In this document: in pieces, positions 36,142-45,981 of the stretch
How the letters are laid out: each line of letters starts with the position of its first letter
Position numbering within the stretch: position 1 is the stretch's first letter
DNA from: Candidatus Uhrbacteria bacterium
GTDB taxonomy: Bacteria > Patescibacteriota > Patescibacteriia > UBA9934
Direction of reading: 5' to 3'
DNA: 64,000 nucleotides
Assembly (NCBI GenBank): GCA_963822405.1
Contig: CAWGHH010000004.1
Coordinates: 70,226 to 134,225, forward strand
Program-made: the position numbers and the translations under genes
Notes under the pieces: model-generated
Seen by the model: the letters and a program-made list of their open reading frames with translations, nothing else
The model's database searches: none
What the model was told of the DNA's origin: nothing

Positions 36142-37238
36142 GTTTTACCGCGCTCTTATTTTTCTTGCTCGGCACGTTACCGAATACTAGCCAAGCAGCT
36201 GGCTTCTTGTTTTCGCCGTCATCCGGCACAGGAACTGTCGGCGTTCCGCTAACTGTTACCGCAATCCTGAACACAAACGGCGTCATTGCGAACGCGGCTG
36301 ATGCGTCTATTTCATTTCCGCCTAGCTTACTGAATGTTTCTTCTGTTTCAAAAACTGGCTCCGTCATGGCGCTCTGGATCCTCGATCCTACGTTCTCCAA
36401 CAGCACCGGAGAAATCACTTTCACCGGTGGCACGCCTCGTCCTGGTTTCAGCGGCTCATCGCTCACTCTCGCTACCATCACCTTTATCCCAAAGGCCGCA
36501 GGAACAGCCACCATCTCTTTCACGGGAGTATCCGTCTTATCAGGCGACGGCCTAGCAACTGAGCTCTTAAACAGCCTCGGATCCGCAACATTCGTGATCA
36601 ACGCTGCGCCACCTCCCCCGCCACCACCTCCGCCGGTAGTCGTAGTCCCGCCACCAGCACCACCGCCAGTAATCATTTACGTTCCAGTTCCAGCAGTAAC
36701 TCCGCCAGCTCCGCCACCAGCTCCCCCAGCCCCACCTCCAGAACCCGTAGTCTGTCCACCAACGGGCACGGGCTATGTGCCACCGTCGACAATACCGACC
36801 GAACCACCGATTGCTCCAATAGAAATACCCGCCCCACCTACAGTGGCCGAGTTAGTAAATCTTGTTCCAACCTCAATCCCAGAACTAATTACTACGCCCG
36901 CGCAAATTTCGGCTTCATTTGATAGCGCAGCCACGGCCATGAGCAACATAGTCGGTAAAACAATAACTAGGTTCCTACAACCGGCACCGGTTGCACCAAT
37001 CGTGGACAAACAAGGCAACCTCCAATGTCCAGCCGCCTCAGCTATCACTATAACTCCCCCATCAGATGGTGGTTGGTTAGCATATCTTATTGCCGGACTC
37101 GCCGGTATCATCATCGGCTACCTCCTCAGAGAGTTGATCGAAAAGAAAAAGAAACGCAAAGAGCTTAAAGCCAAACCTACTCAGCCAAAAATCGTTCCGC
37201 CTCCAAAGCCGCCATACATCCCGTTCCCGCCGCGGTAA
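36111..37238 (+). CDS. Cohesin-like domain surface protein with proline-rich stalk and C-terminal TM anchor
   Basis: Start MAKAWKNF. Signal peptide, TVGVPLTVTAILNTNGVIANAADASISF domain, poly-Pro linker, TM helix + KKKKRKELK tail. Confidence 0.5.
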   Translation: MAKAWKNFLLGFTALLFFLLGTLPNTSQAAGFLFSPSSGTGTVGVPLTVTAILNTNGVIANAADASISFPPSLLNVSSVSKTGSVMALWILDPTFSNSTGEITFTGGTPRPGFSGSSLTLATITFIPKAAGTATISFTGVSVLSGDGLATELLNSLGSATFVINAAPPPPPPPPPVVVVPPPAPPPVIIYVPVPAVTPPAPPPAPPAPPPEPVVCPPTGTGYVPPSTIPTEPPIAPIEIPAPPTVAELVNLVPTSIPELITTPAQISASFDSAATAMSNIVGKTITRFLQPAPVAPIVDKQGNLQCPAASAITITPPSDGGWLAYLIAGLAGIIIGYLLRELIEKKKKRKELKAKPTQPKIVPPPKPPYIPFPPR

Positions 37239-38097
37239 TCGCTTGACGGTAGTGCGGATCCATAACATCCCCACAAGCAAACACGCCGGGGATGTTTGTT
37301 TTTGTAGATTTGCCTTCCGTCACAATATAGCCCTTTTGGTCGAGGGTGATCGAATTCGTGAATAATTCAGTATTCGGCTTGTGACCAATCGCGACAAATA
37401 ATCCTTGAGTCGCAAACTCGCTCATCTCACCCGTCTTCGTGTTCTTCAGTTTTAATGCACGAATACTTGCATCGCCGAGTACTTCTTCGACCGTCGAATC
37501 CATCAAAAATGAAATCTTCGGATTATTCTTCGCGCGGTCAAGCATGATTTTCGAGGCTCTAAAAGATTCGCTCCGGTGAATAATCGTAATCTTGCTCGCA
37601 AACCGGGACAAAAAGTTAGCCTCTTCCATAGCGCTGTCTCCCCCGCCAACTACGACAATTTCTTTACCGCGGAAAAAGAATCCGTCACATGTTGCACACG
37701 CAGAAACACCCTTGCCCTGGAATTCTTTTTCGCCAACACAACCAATCCACTTCGCACTCGCGCCCGTCGAAATAATGATCGAGTCCGTGGTTATTTCTTT
37801 GCCGTTTTCGCTCTTGATGGCATATGGCCTGGTCGAAAAGTCCACCGAGGTGACAACATCTTGAAAAACTTCTGTTCCAAATTTCTCCGCCTGCTTCTTC
37901 AGCTTGTCCATGAGCTCGACGCCCAAAACTCCGTTTGGTTCCCCCGGCCAGTTCTCAACTTCACTCGTCAGCATTAATTGTCCCCCGGGTTCGCGCCCCG
38001 CAAACAACACCGGCTTCAACATGGCTCGCGCCGCATAAATCGCCGCCGTGTAACCAGCAGGTCCCGAACCAATGATAACAAGAGAGTGGTGATTCAT
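37177..38097 (-). CDS. trxB: Thioredoxin reductase
   Basis: GSGPAGYTAAIYAAR FAD-binding, CATCDG redox-active disulfide, GGGDSAMEEA NADPH-binding. Confidence 0.9.
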   Translation of the reverse strand: MNHHSLVIIGSGPAGYTAAIYAARAMLKPVLFAGREPGGQLMLTSEVENWPGEPNGVLGVELMDKLKKQAEKFGTEVFQDVVTSVDFSTRPYAIKSENGKEITTDSIIISTGASAKWIGCVGEKEFQGKGVSACATCDGFFFRGKEIVVVGGGDSAMEEANFLSRFASKITIIHRSESFRASKIMLDRAKNNPKISFLMDSTVEEVLGDASIRALKLKNTKTGEMSEFATQGLFVAIGHKPNTELFTNSITLDQKGYIVTEGKSTKTNIPGVFACGDVMDPHYRQAITAAGTGCMAALEAERFLAE

Positions 38098-38210
38098 AGT
38101 TGCCAAAGTCTAGCACGCCCTCCTCGAACAACAAACTACAAAATACACACACCTCAAAACTAAACCGCCCCAGGTCATTAAGACCCGAGGCGGAGGACGA
38201 GAGAGAACGA

Positions 38211-39086
38211 TCAGCCGGTCATGAGCGACCAGGCGTAGAGGCTGGACGGGTGATCCTGGTAGTCCCAATTGATCATGGCACCGTAGATGCCTTCCCGCGG
38301 ACCGGCCAGGATAAAGCCGGTAACGGTGCGGAAGTCGTTGGAGCCAGGATAGAACCCGCGGAACCACGTACGGCTGTCGGAGTCGGTCTGCAGCGCGACC
38401 AAGCGGAGCTTGATCTCAGCTCCACCCTGGTACGGAAACACTTCCCGCACATCTTCGAGCTTCTCGCGCCGGATGACGGACAAACGCTCTTTGTGAGGTA
38501 CCCGGCTGGTCTGAAGCGCACAGTTCGGAAGTGTAATCGCCGGTTGCCCGGTGATGTAGTGGAGCGAACACGTGTTGTTCGCGAGAGATCCTCGCTGGTC
38601 GAACGGCGTGCTGATCACCTCCTTCCCCGGACCGTTGCGCTGGGCAGGAACGAGAGCATCCCAGGCATAGTCGATCGGCGGTTCTCCCCGATGATCCCAC
38701 ACTGTCACTACGCCATACGGGTACGCCTGCTCCTTCTTCAGGTAGAGAAACCCGCTCACCAGGTTGCGCTGTTCGCTGTAGGACGTGTAGCCCTCAAAGT
38801 GCACCACACCCGCTACTCGGTTCACGCGCACCTTCGTGATGTGCGCGTTGAGCACGGTCCACTGGAAGTCAAACCGTCTCGGCTCCACGGAAGAACGCGT
38901 CATGGGATTCGTGTAGCGCTCCATCTGCGGCGCTGTTGCATGGCGCATGTGCGCAAGGTTGAGGTCAAAGCTCAGCCGCTCCGACACTCCGTCAACATTA
39001 CCGATGAGGGCGAGGAACTCCGCGAAATTCTCCACCGTACGAATAACAGACACACACCCAGCAGCCCGATCAAGAACCTGTGACAT
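38211..39086 (-). CDS. Hypothetical protein (291 aa) in a GC-rich island inserted between trxB and trxA
   Basis: GGAGGT 4 nt upstream of ATG 39084-39086. Elevated GC. Own terminator-like hairpin at 38150-38190. Overlapping plus-strand ORF is Arg-rich and antisense-like. Confidence 0.5.
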   Translation of the reverse strand: MSQVLDRAAGCVSVIRTVENFAEFLALIGNVDGVSERLSFDLNLAHMRHATAPQMERYTNPMTRSSVEPRRFDFQWTVLNAHITKVRVNRVAGVVHFEGYTSYSEQRNLVSGFLYLKKEQAYPYGVVTVWDHRGEPPIDYAWDALVPAQRNGPGKEVISTPFDQRGSLANNTCSLHYITGQPAITLPNCALQTSRVPHKERLSVIRREKLEDVREVFPYQGGAEIKLRLVALQTDSDSRTWFRGFYPGSNDFRTVTGFILAGPREGIYGAMINWDYQDHPSSLYAWSLMTG

Positions 39087-39147
39087 GAAACCTCCAACAG
39101 TGAACGTGAACCGTGGCATTAGATATGAAAAAGTAGTTTTCGTCAAC

Positions 39148-39172
39148 CAAAAACGCCCCTTTCGGGGCGCCA
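39148..39172 (-). terminator. Rho-independent terminator of trxA
   Basis: GGCGCCCCgaaaGGGGCGtt followed by TTTTT on the minus strand. Confidence 0.65.
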
Positions 39173-39184
39173 TTGGCAATCAAA

Positions 39185-39496
39185 CTAACCAATAATCTGC
39201 TTAACTCTTTCCTTGAATGTTTCTTTGCTCATCGCTCCAGAGAATCTGCCAACTTCGCTTCCGCCCTTCATAACTACGAAGGTAGGAATCGACAAGACAT
39301 TGAAACGCATGGCCAGCTCCTGAGCATCATCTACGTTTACTTTAGCGAATGATACTTCAGTCATCTCGTTGCTCAGCTCCTCGATCATTGGGCCCATCAA
39401 GCGACACGGTCCGCACCAAGTAGCCCAGAAGTCGACAACTACAGGAGTTGTAGATTGAGTGATCTGTGAATCGAAGTTTGCGGTTGTAAGATCCAT
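39185..39496 (-). CDS. trxA: Thioredoxin
   Basis: WATWCGPCR active site. Confidence 0.95.
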   Translation of the reverse strand: MDLTTANFDSQITQSTTPVVVDFWATWCGPCRLMGPMIEELSNEMTEVSFAKVNVDDAQELAMRFNVLSIPTFVVMKGGSEVGRFSGAMSKETFKERVKQIIG

Positions 39497-39500
39497 AATT

Positions 39501-41522
39501 TTACACGGCTAATGTTCTAGCTTGTAATTCCTCTTTATACGCCTCGAGTGTATCACCAACTTCAATCTTGGTCTTGCCCTGGAAGGACAGTCCGCAGTCT
39601 TGACCGGCGAGCACGTCTTTAACTGTTGATTTACCGCTCTGCAAAGCCTCAATTCTTCCTTCGCCCATGATGTTACCGGCACGAAGGATACGGACAACCG
39701 CACCAGGAACAAATTTACCCTTCTTAACTTTAGCACCGACAATCTGTCCCTTATCCGTCTTCTTGAAGAGGGCGAGCACTTCACCTGTACCAAGTTCCGT
39801 GTAGATATTCTCAGACGGAATAAGTTTCTTCAAACGTTCAACTATGTTCTCAAAGATTCTGTAAATAACTGTATGTAGCTCTACATCAACATTCTTTGTT
39901 CTAGCTGCATCAGCGGCCGTAGTGCTAGCTTTTACGTTGAATCCGTAAATAACTGCCTGGGAACCTTCTGCTCGGTCAACGTCTACATCAGTAATGTTCC
40001 CGAGTCCTTTGTGAACGATCTTCACACCAACGTGCGGGTTCTCAATCTTTTCAATCATACCAACAAGCGCTTCAAGCGAGCCAAGTACGTCAGCCTTCAC
40101 CATGAGGTTCAAATATACCTTCTTGCTTCCGGCGTCTTCCGTGGTGTCAGCGGCCTTAGCCATCTTAGTACCAATATCCTGCGCACCACTCTTGTGCTTC
40201 ACGTCCTGGCGAACATCTTCTAATTCATCTGGATTTTCTGGCACTTCAAGGATGTCGCCAACTGACGGCGCAACTTTGAAACCAAGAATTTTTACTGGTG
40301 TAGAAGGCAACGCTTCTTTGATCGTCTTGCCGTCGTAAGTCGTCAAAGCACGAACCTTACCGTATAAGAAACCGCCAACGCTCAAGATGTCGCCGACTCG
40401 GAGAGTTCCAGTCTGAACGATAATAGTCGCAATTGGTCCTTGGCCTTTGTCGATTTTGGACTCGATAATAGTTCCAAGTGCTTTACGATCTGGATTAGCA
40501 ACAACGTTATCCTTCTCCATGTCAGCAACGAGCAATAGAACGTCAAGCAGCTGATCAATATGCAAATTCTTCTTAGCAGAAATTGGGACGCAAATAGTTT
40601 TGCCACCCCAATCTTCAGGAACAAGTCCAGCCTCGGCCAGCTGGCTCTTTACTAGCTCCATGTTAGCATTGTCTTTGTCGATCTTGTTGATCGCGACGAT
40701 GAATGGCAACTTAGCGGCCTTGATAATATCGATCGCTTCTTTAGTTTGTGGCTGTACACCGTCATCCGCTGCTACAACTAGAATAGCGATGTCCGCAACT
40801 TTTGCACCACGGGAACGCATGACCGTGAACGCTTCGTGACCTGGGGTATCAATAAATGTCAGCAAACGTTCATTGCGAACAACTTGGTACGCACCAATGT
40901 GCTGTGTGATTCCACCAGACTCGCCAGCAACAACGTTTGCCTTTCGAATAACGTCCAAGAGCGAAGTCTTACCGTGGTCAACGTGACCCATGACAACGAT
41001 AACTGGTGGACGAGCTGCAAAGTGCACACCCTCTCCACGCTCATCTTCACGCGCCTTTGCCAGGCGATCTTCACCGGCACCAAGGAGAGATTCCGTTACA
41101 ACATCTTGAGGCTCAGCAATAAATCCCAAATCTTCCGCAATAATAGAAGCAGACTCGTAGTCGATCGGTTCATTCAAGGACGCCAAAATTCCAGAACGCA
41201 TCAGTTCCTGCATCACTTTCTGCACCGGTAAGTTCAAGAGAGTAGAAAATTCGCGCACCGTAATTTTACCTGGGATCTTTACATGTTCAGCCGTACCAGA
41301 AAGAACAGACGCCTTCTTTTCTAGGCGAGACTTCTGATCTTCCATTTTCTTCTGGAGATACTGGCGCTTTTTCAAATCCTGCCAGGCGTTCTGGATCTTT
41401 CCAACGTCCCGATCTGGAATCTTCAAAGCCTTACCTCCAATGTCAAAACCAAGCTCCGGTAGCTTGGATCTCAATTCTTCTGTGGACACCCGTAGGCGCC
41501 GTGCTAATTCAGAAATGTTCAT
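39501..41522 (-). CDS. infB: Translation initiation factor IF-2
   Basis: G-domain [30 protein letters not shown]-2 C-terminal beta-barrels. Confidence 0.95.
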   Translation of the reverse strand: MNISELARRLRVSTEELRSKLPELGFDIGGKALKIPDRDVGKIQNAWQDLKKRQYLQKKMEDQKSRLEKKASVLSGTAEHVKIPGKITVREFSTLLNLPVQKVMQELMRSGILASLNEPIDYESASIIAEDLGFIAEPQDVVTESLLGAGEDRLAKAREDERGEGVHFAARPPVIVVMGHVDHGKTSLLDVIRKANVVAGESGGITQHIGAYQVVRNERLLTFIDTPGHEAFTVMRSRGAKVADIAILVVAADDGVQPQTKEAIDIIKAAKLPFIVAINKIDKDNANMELVKSQLAEAGLVPEDWGGKTICVPISAKKNLHIDQLLDVLLLVADMEKDNVVANPDRKALGTIIESKIDKGQGPIATIIVQTGTLRVGDILSVGGFLYGKVRALTTYDGKTIKEALPSTPVKILGFKVAPSVGDILEVPENPDELEDVRQDVKHKSGAQDIGTKMAKAADTTEDAGSKKVYLNLMVKADVLGSLEALVGMIEKIENPHVGVKIVHKGLGNITDVDVDRAEGSQAVIYGFNVKASTTAADAARTKNVDVELHTVIYRIFENIVERLKKLIPSENIYTELGTGEVLALFKKTDKGQIVGAKVKKGKFVPGAVVRILRAGNIMGEGRIEALQSGKSTVKDVLAGQDCGLSFQGKTKIEVGDTLEAYKEELQARTLAV

Positions 41523-41562
41523 GGCAAGAGAATACGGGAAACAGGCTGTAAAGTCAAAAAAG

Positions 41563-42060
41563 TTATGGGGCGAATGTCTCCAACTGAATCACCCCCGTAT
41601 CAGCCCCACAGGAACCAACTTCGATCATATCGTTATGAGTGGTAACAAAGTAACCGGTACCGAAGAGACCGAAAACAGAATGTGCAGGGTCACTTGGCGC
41701 GTCTTCGGGCTTATTGAAGATTTCCTCGGGAGGTAGGCAGTCGTCGGCGACCTCGACATCCGGGCAGAATCTCCCCCAATCGCCGGAACAGGAAGTACCG
41801 GTACCAAGGAGGAACTTTGCGCCGTCCCGACCATGCAACCGGCGAAGTAAAGCGTCGTATTTGTCACTCTTTTGCTGAGAAAGCGTGAGAATGGAGGTCA
41901 TAACCCTTCTGACGTCATCGCTCCTCTTCATGTCCCTCACAATAGACAACGAATATATCGGATTCACTGCAATGATAATCACGATAGTCGTTACTAAAAG
42001 CAATCCAATGGCCATTAGATAGTCGAGTCTAGTTCCGCGCATGTAGTGGCCATGAGGCAT
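41563..42060 (-). CDS. Hypothetical membrane-anchored protein
   Basis: Single N-terminal TM helix (LMAIGLLLVTTIVIIIAV). No family recognised. Confidence 0.45.
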   Translation of the reverse strand: MPHGHYMRGTRLDYLMAIGLLLVTTIVIIIAVNPIYSLSIVRDMKRSDDVRRVMTSILTLSQQKSDKYDALLRRLHGRDGAKFLLGTGTSCSGDWGRFCPDVEVADDCLPPEEIFNKPEDAPSDPAHSVFGLFGTGYFVTTHNDMIEVGSCGADTGVIQLETFAP

Positions 42061-42064
42061 ATGG

Positions 42065-42100
42065 TTGCATTATAGCTGATTTTTCGCTAAGGTAAGGGTG
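42065..42100 (+). promoter_or_regulatory. Candidate promoter TTGCAT-N17-TAAGGT plus strong RBS for the 42118 ORF
   Basis: TTGCAT at 42065-42070, TAAGGT about 17 nt later, AAGGAGG 7 nt upstream of ATG 42118. Confidence 0.4.
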
Positions 42101-42117
42101 GTACCAAAGGAGGTCCC

Positions 42118-42492
42118 ATGCCAGATGACGCAGATCCCGATTCCGCTCACAAGCGGTTCGCCACGAGCGCCGGTCGGTACGGGGTAACCCTCGTGGTACG
42201 TACCGTCGGAAGAGGCCTGATTGCAGGCACCGTGAAGGTTCGAGACGTTGTCACGGAACGCGAAGTTGATGACATAGGCACGGACGAGATCACGCTCGAG
42301 TCCGAATCCGTCAGAACCCCTCGTGACGTAGCCAGCTGGCTCATCAACGAAGCGTTACCGGAAGTGATCAAGAGTAGAAAACTGTCTGCGCTCATCACCG
42401 AACGAATCGGATCCATTCGAACGGCGTTCGGAAGGATTGAGACGCAACTGCTCAATCGGGCAGAACCGTCTACCAAGACAAGAGCCGAATAG
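42118..42492 (+). CDS. Hypothetical protein (124 aa)
   Basis: Strong SD AAGGAGG. Terminator hairpin directly after TAG stop. Confidence 0.55.
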   Translation: MPDDADPDSAHKRFATSAGRYGVTLVVRTVGRGLIAGTVKVRDVVTEREVDDIGTDEITLESESVRTPRDVASWLINEALPEVIKSRKLSALITERIGSIRTAFGRIETQLLNRAEPSTKTRAE

Positions 42493-42513
42493 ATGGTTGG
42501 CAACAACCTCGCT

Positions 42514-42552
42514 CGCGACCCCCTTCACTGGCGGGTCGCGTTTCTTATTTCT
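42514..42552. terminator. Bidirectional terminator between convergent 42118 ORF and mutM
   Basis: CGCGACCCccttcactggcGGGTCGCG followed by tttcttatttct. Confidence 0.6.
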
Positions 42553-43360
42553 GGCAGGTTGGACAGTAGTGCGTACCCCGGCCAGCAACAACGATTTTCT
42601 TAATTGACGTCTTGCATTTCTTACACGGCTCCCCTGCTCGACCGTAAACTTTTAACAAAGCCGAAAATCCACCTTGAGCACCATTTGTATCCTTGTAGTC
42701 GTTCGAGGTGGTGCCATTCATCTCAATCGACTTCTGCAAAATCTTTTGGACTTCATTTATCACCTTCAGGCGATCCTTTTCCGTTAAAGTCTTTAGCCGT
42801 CGAGTAGGCCGAATCCCCGCTCGGTGACAAGCCTCGTCCGCATAGATATTCCCCACGCCAGCAATGCATTCCTGGTTAAGTAAAGCGGCTTTAATAGTCC
42901 TTGATGCTGGTGTACGAAGTCTCTCGGCGAGCAGATCGATCGGAGTTTCGAGTGGCTCTGGTCCATACTTCGATAAGACTCCCTCAAGACCCTCTTTGGC
43001 CACGCATTTTAGGTAGCCGAAAGTTCGCATATCAGACCACACCACTCGCTCTTTTCCCCCGTCGAACACAAAAAGTATTCGATCGTGTTTCTGTCGAACA
43101 TAATCCTTATCGACGAACAGAAACTTTCCCGTCATCTTCAAATGACCAATTACGGTCGTCCCATTATCGAGCCTGAACAGTAACAGTTTCGCCCGCCTCT
43201 CTACCCCCTTTAACCTTTCACCTTTAACCTTCTTTTCGAACCTCTTCCCTGCTGGGGTTTCCCTCCCAGTCTTCCAAATTTCAACGCTCGAAATCACCCG
43301 CCCCTTGAGGCGATCATGTAATTGGCGTTTAATGGTCTCGACTTCTGGTAGTTCGGGCAT
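42545..43360 (-). CDS. mutM: Formamidopyrimidine-DNA glycosylase
   Basis: N-terminal MPELPEVE catalytic Pro2/Glu3. C-terminal zinc finger CKKC…CPTC. Confidence 0.9.
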   Translation of the reverse strand: MPELPEVETIKRQLHDRLKGRVISSVEIWKTGRETPAGKRFEKKVKGERLKGVERRAKLLLFRLDNGTTVIGHLKMTGKFLFVDKDYVRQKHDRILFVFDGGKERVVWSDMRTFGYLKCVAKEGLEGVLSKYGPEPLETPIDLLAERLRTPASRTIKAALLNQECIAGVGNIYADEACHRAGIRPTRRLKTLTEKDRLKVINEVQKILQKSIEMNGTTSNDYKDTNGAQGGFSALLKVYGRAGEPCKKCKTSIKKIVVAGRGTHYCPTCQK

Positions 43361-43381
43361 ATATTCAATAATAGCTATTCT

Positions 43382-44062
43382 ATGCCATTTCTGTTAATCG
43401 ACAAGCCCGCCGGAATAACGTCGCATGATGTTGTAGACAAAGTTCGTAAGATAACCGGCGAACGGACTGTTGGTCACGCAGGAACTCTTGACCCTTTCGC
43501 GACAGGCTTATTGATCGTTGGCGTTGGGCGAGACTGCACCAAGCAACTTTCGACATATTTGGGCATGGATAAGGAGTATGAGGCTGAATTCGTGATAGGA
43601 GCGACCACAGAAACATTAGACCCGGAAGGAACGGTCGTCATTTCCCCATCACCGTGGGTCGACGCACGGGTCGACCCCAACGCCGAGATCCGTGACGCAA
43701 TGAAGAAACTCACCGGCGAAATCTCCCAAGTCCCTCCAATGCACTCGGCCATAAAAATAGGGGGACAAAAGATGTATGACCTAGCCAGAAAGGGAGAAAC
43801 GGTGGATATTCCGCCTCGAACACTCACCATTCACTCTTTTGAGTTACTCGACCAGCCAGATTTATCTATTTGGCCAATGGTGCTCAAGGTTAGAATTTCG
43901 TGTTCCTCGGGTACCTATATTAGAGCCTTAGCCCGAGACCTCAGCCAGCTTTTAGGTACAACGGGTTACGTTTCAGCACTTCGACGTACTAAAATCGGGG
44001 AATATTCGGTAACCTCTGCAAAAACCCTTGGCGAGCTGAGCTCTCCCGTGTTACCCTCTTAG
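43382..44062 (+). CDS. truB: tRNA pseudouridine(55) synthase
   Basis: HAGTLDPFATGLL catalytic Asp motif. Family A repeat in-frame (WVDARVDP) at 43655-43680. Confidence 0.9.
   Translation: MPFLLIDKPAGITSHDVVDKVRKITGERTVGHAGTLDPFATGLLIVGVGRDCTKQLSTYLGMDKEYEAEFVIGATTETLDPEGTVVISPSPWVDARVDPNAEIRDAMKKLTGEISQVPPMHSAIKIGGQKMYDLARKGETVDIPPRTLTIHSFELLDQPDLSIWPMVLKVRISCSSGTYIRALARDLSQLLGTTGYVSALRRTKIGEYSVTSAKTLGELSSPVLPS
43655..43680. repeat. Family A element inside truB, in-frame (encodes WVDARVDP)
   Basis: GGGTCGACgcacGGGTCGACCCC. Confidence 0.8.
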
Positions 44063-44092
44063 ACGTAAGATTGATTCTGGTAGAACTAAATT

Positions 44093-45619
44093 ATGCTCAT
44101 CCCCCTTATTCTTGCTCTCGGGGGGTTGGTCCTTGGCAGCGTAGCCGGCTATTTTGTCCGCGCTTACATAGTCAAAAACCAAACAAACTCCGCCGAGGCA
44201 CGTGCTGCTAGAGTAGTTGAACAGGCTAAAGATCAGGAACAGAAGATCATCATTGAGGGAAAAGAGAAGGCCATGGCCTTCATTGAAGAAGGAAAAAAGG
44301 AACTTCAGGGCAAGGAACGGGACATTAAGGTAATGCAGGATAGACTCGCTGATCGCGAGAAGCTTTTTGATAAGACACTGATGGATTTTGAGACTCGCAA
44401 GCTCCAGCTTGATGACTATAAAGCTAAGCTTGAAACAGCCAAAGCTAAAATTGATGAGGTACGGCTGGCAGCTGAACTTAAGCTTGAAGAAGTGGCCGGC
44501 ATGGGCAAGGCAGCGGCGCTTGAAGTCATCATGAAACGCGTGGAAACTGATAATGAAGATGCACTCATGAGCTTGATCCGTAAGTACGATCAGCATTCAG
44601 AAGAGGAACTTGAAAATCATTCTCGTAAGATTCTCTCGCTCGTTATTCAGCGTTTTGCTTCCAGCCAAGTTGTCGACTCTGCTACTACTTTTGTCGAGCT
44701 CACGAGCGAGGACATGAAGGGACGCATCATTGGCAAGGAAGGCCGCAATATCAAAGCGATCGAACATTTAACCGGCTGTGAACTCATTGTCGACGACACC
44801 CCAGGAATGATCACTATCTCCGGCTTCTCCCCTGTCCGCCGCCAAGTGGCTAAACGCGCACTCGAGATATTAATGAAAGATGGTCGAATCCAACCAGCCA
44901 AAATTGAAGACGCCGTTAAAGAATCCAAAAACGATCTAGCTAAAGAAATGAAGAAGGCTGGTGAAGACGCGCTTTACGAGCTCGGCATTCCAGTTTCATC
45001 TATTGATCCAAAGCTCGTTTCAATCCTAGGCCGCCTAAAGTACCGCACGAGCTACGGCCAGAATGTACTGCAACACTCTATTGAAGTTGCTCGCATTGCC
45101 GGCATGATTGGTGACGAACTTGGCATGGATTCATTCCCGCTTAAGAAAGGTGGTCTATTTCATGACATTGGTAAAGCCGTTGACCATGACATGCAGGGGT
45201 CACACCCGCAGATTGGTTACAACATCATGAAGAAGTTCGGTTTCCCAGAAGAGCTCTGCTATCAGTCTATTGCGCACCACGAAGATAAACCACGAACGAT
45301 CGAAGGCGTTGTTGTCAAAGCTGCTGACGCTATCTCTGGCGCACGTCCTGGTGCTCGTCGGAATTCCGTCGAGGAATATCTCCAGCGTCTGCAGAACCTT
45401 GAAATGACAGCCGCGGGCTTCCCGGGAGTTGAGAAGGCTTACGCTATTCAAGCAGGCCGTGAAGTGCGCGTTTTTGTGCAGCCAGGAACAATCAATGATT
45501 TCCAAGCACACGAACTCGCCAGAGACATTGCAAAGAAAATAGAAAGCGAACTCACGTACCCTGGAGAAGTGAAAGTAACCGTTATTCGCGAGACTCGGGT
45601 GATCGAGTTTGCCAGGTAA
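44093..45619 (+). CDS. rny: Ribonuclease Y
   Basis: N-terminal TM, coiled coil, KH domain (IIGKEGRNIKAIE), HD domain (HSIEVARIAG…LFHDIGK). Confidence 0.9.
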   Translation: MLIPLILALGGLVLGSVAGYFVRAYIVKNQTNSAEARAARVVEQAKDQEQKIIIEGKEKAMAFIEEGKKELQGKERDIKVMQDRLADREKLFDKTLMDFETRKLQLDDYKAKLETAKAKIDEVRLAAELKLEEVAGMGKAAALEVIMKRVETDNEDALMSLIRKYDQHSEEELENHSRKILSLVIQRFASSQVVDSATTFVELTSEDMKGRIIGKEGRNIKAIEHLTGCELIVDDTPGMITISGFSPVRRQVAKRALEILMKDGRIQPAKIEDAVKESKNDLAKEMKKAGEDALYELGIPVSSIDPKLVSILGRLKYRTSYGQNVLQHSIEVARIAGMIGDELGMDSFPLKKGGLFHDIGKAVDHDMQGSHPQIGYNIMKKFGFPEELCYQSIAHHEDKPRTIEGVVVKAADAISGARPGARRNSVEEYLQRLQNLEMTAAGFPGVEKAYAIQAGREVRVFVQPGTINDFQAHELARDIAKKIESELTYPGEVKVTVIRETRVIEFAR

Positions 45620-45660
45620 TACTTGACGGCGTTCTCATACTCCGCTAACATAAGCGCATT

Positions 45661-45978
45661 ATGAACAAAGCAGAACTCGCATTGAAGCTTTCCGAGCGTC
45701 TAGATATCCCTAAAAAGCTAGCTGAAGACTTCCTTGAGAACTTTGAACAGCTAGTTGTCCAGGCTCTCGTAGCTGGCAACGAAGTAACAATCGCCGGTTT
45801 TGGTACGTTCTCTGCTCGCACGCGCTCAGCACGCATGGGCGTGAACCCCCGGAACCCTACAGAGAAGATCCGCGTTCCAGAAGTCCGCGTTCCAAAGTTC
45901 AAAGCTGGCAAAGGCCTAAAGGATGCCTTGAAAAAGACGCACATGCCTAAGACAGAAACTGCTGTTACCGCTTCCTAA
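45661..45978 (+). CDS. hup: DNA-binding protein HU
   Basis: MNKAELALKLSERLDIPKKLAEDFLENF…GFGTFSARTRSARMGVNPRNPTEKI is typical HU/IHF. C-terminal Lys-rich extension. Confidence 0.9.
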   Translation: MNKAELALKLSERLDIPKKLAEDFLENFEQLVVQALVAGNEVTIAGFGTFSARTRSARMGVNPRNPTEKIRVPEVRVPKFKAGKGLKDALKKTHMPKTETAVTAS

Positions 45979-45981
45979 GAA

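Noticed and set aside
38100-39083. 327-aa plus-strand ORF between trxB and trxA
   Set aside because: Arg-rich antisense-type composition. The minus-strand ORF has an RBS and a terminator.
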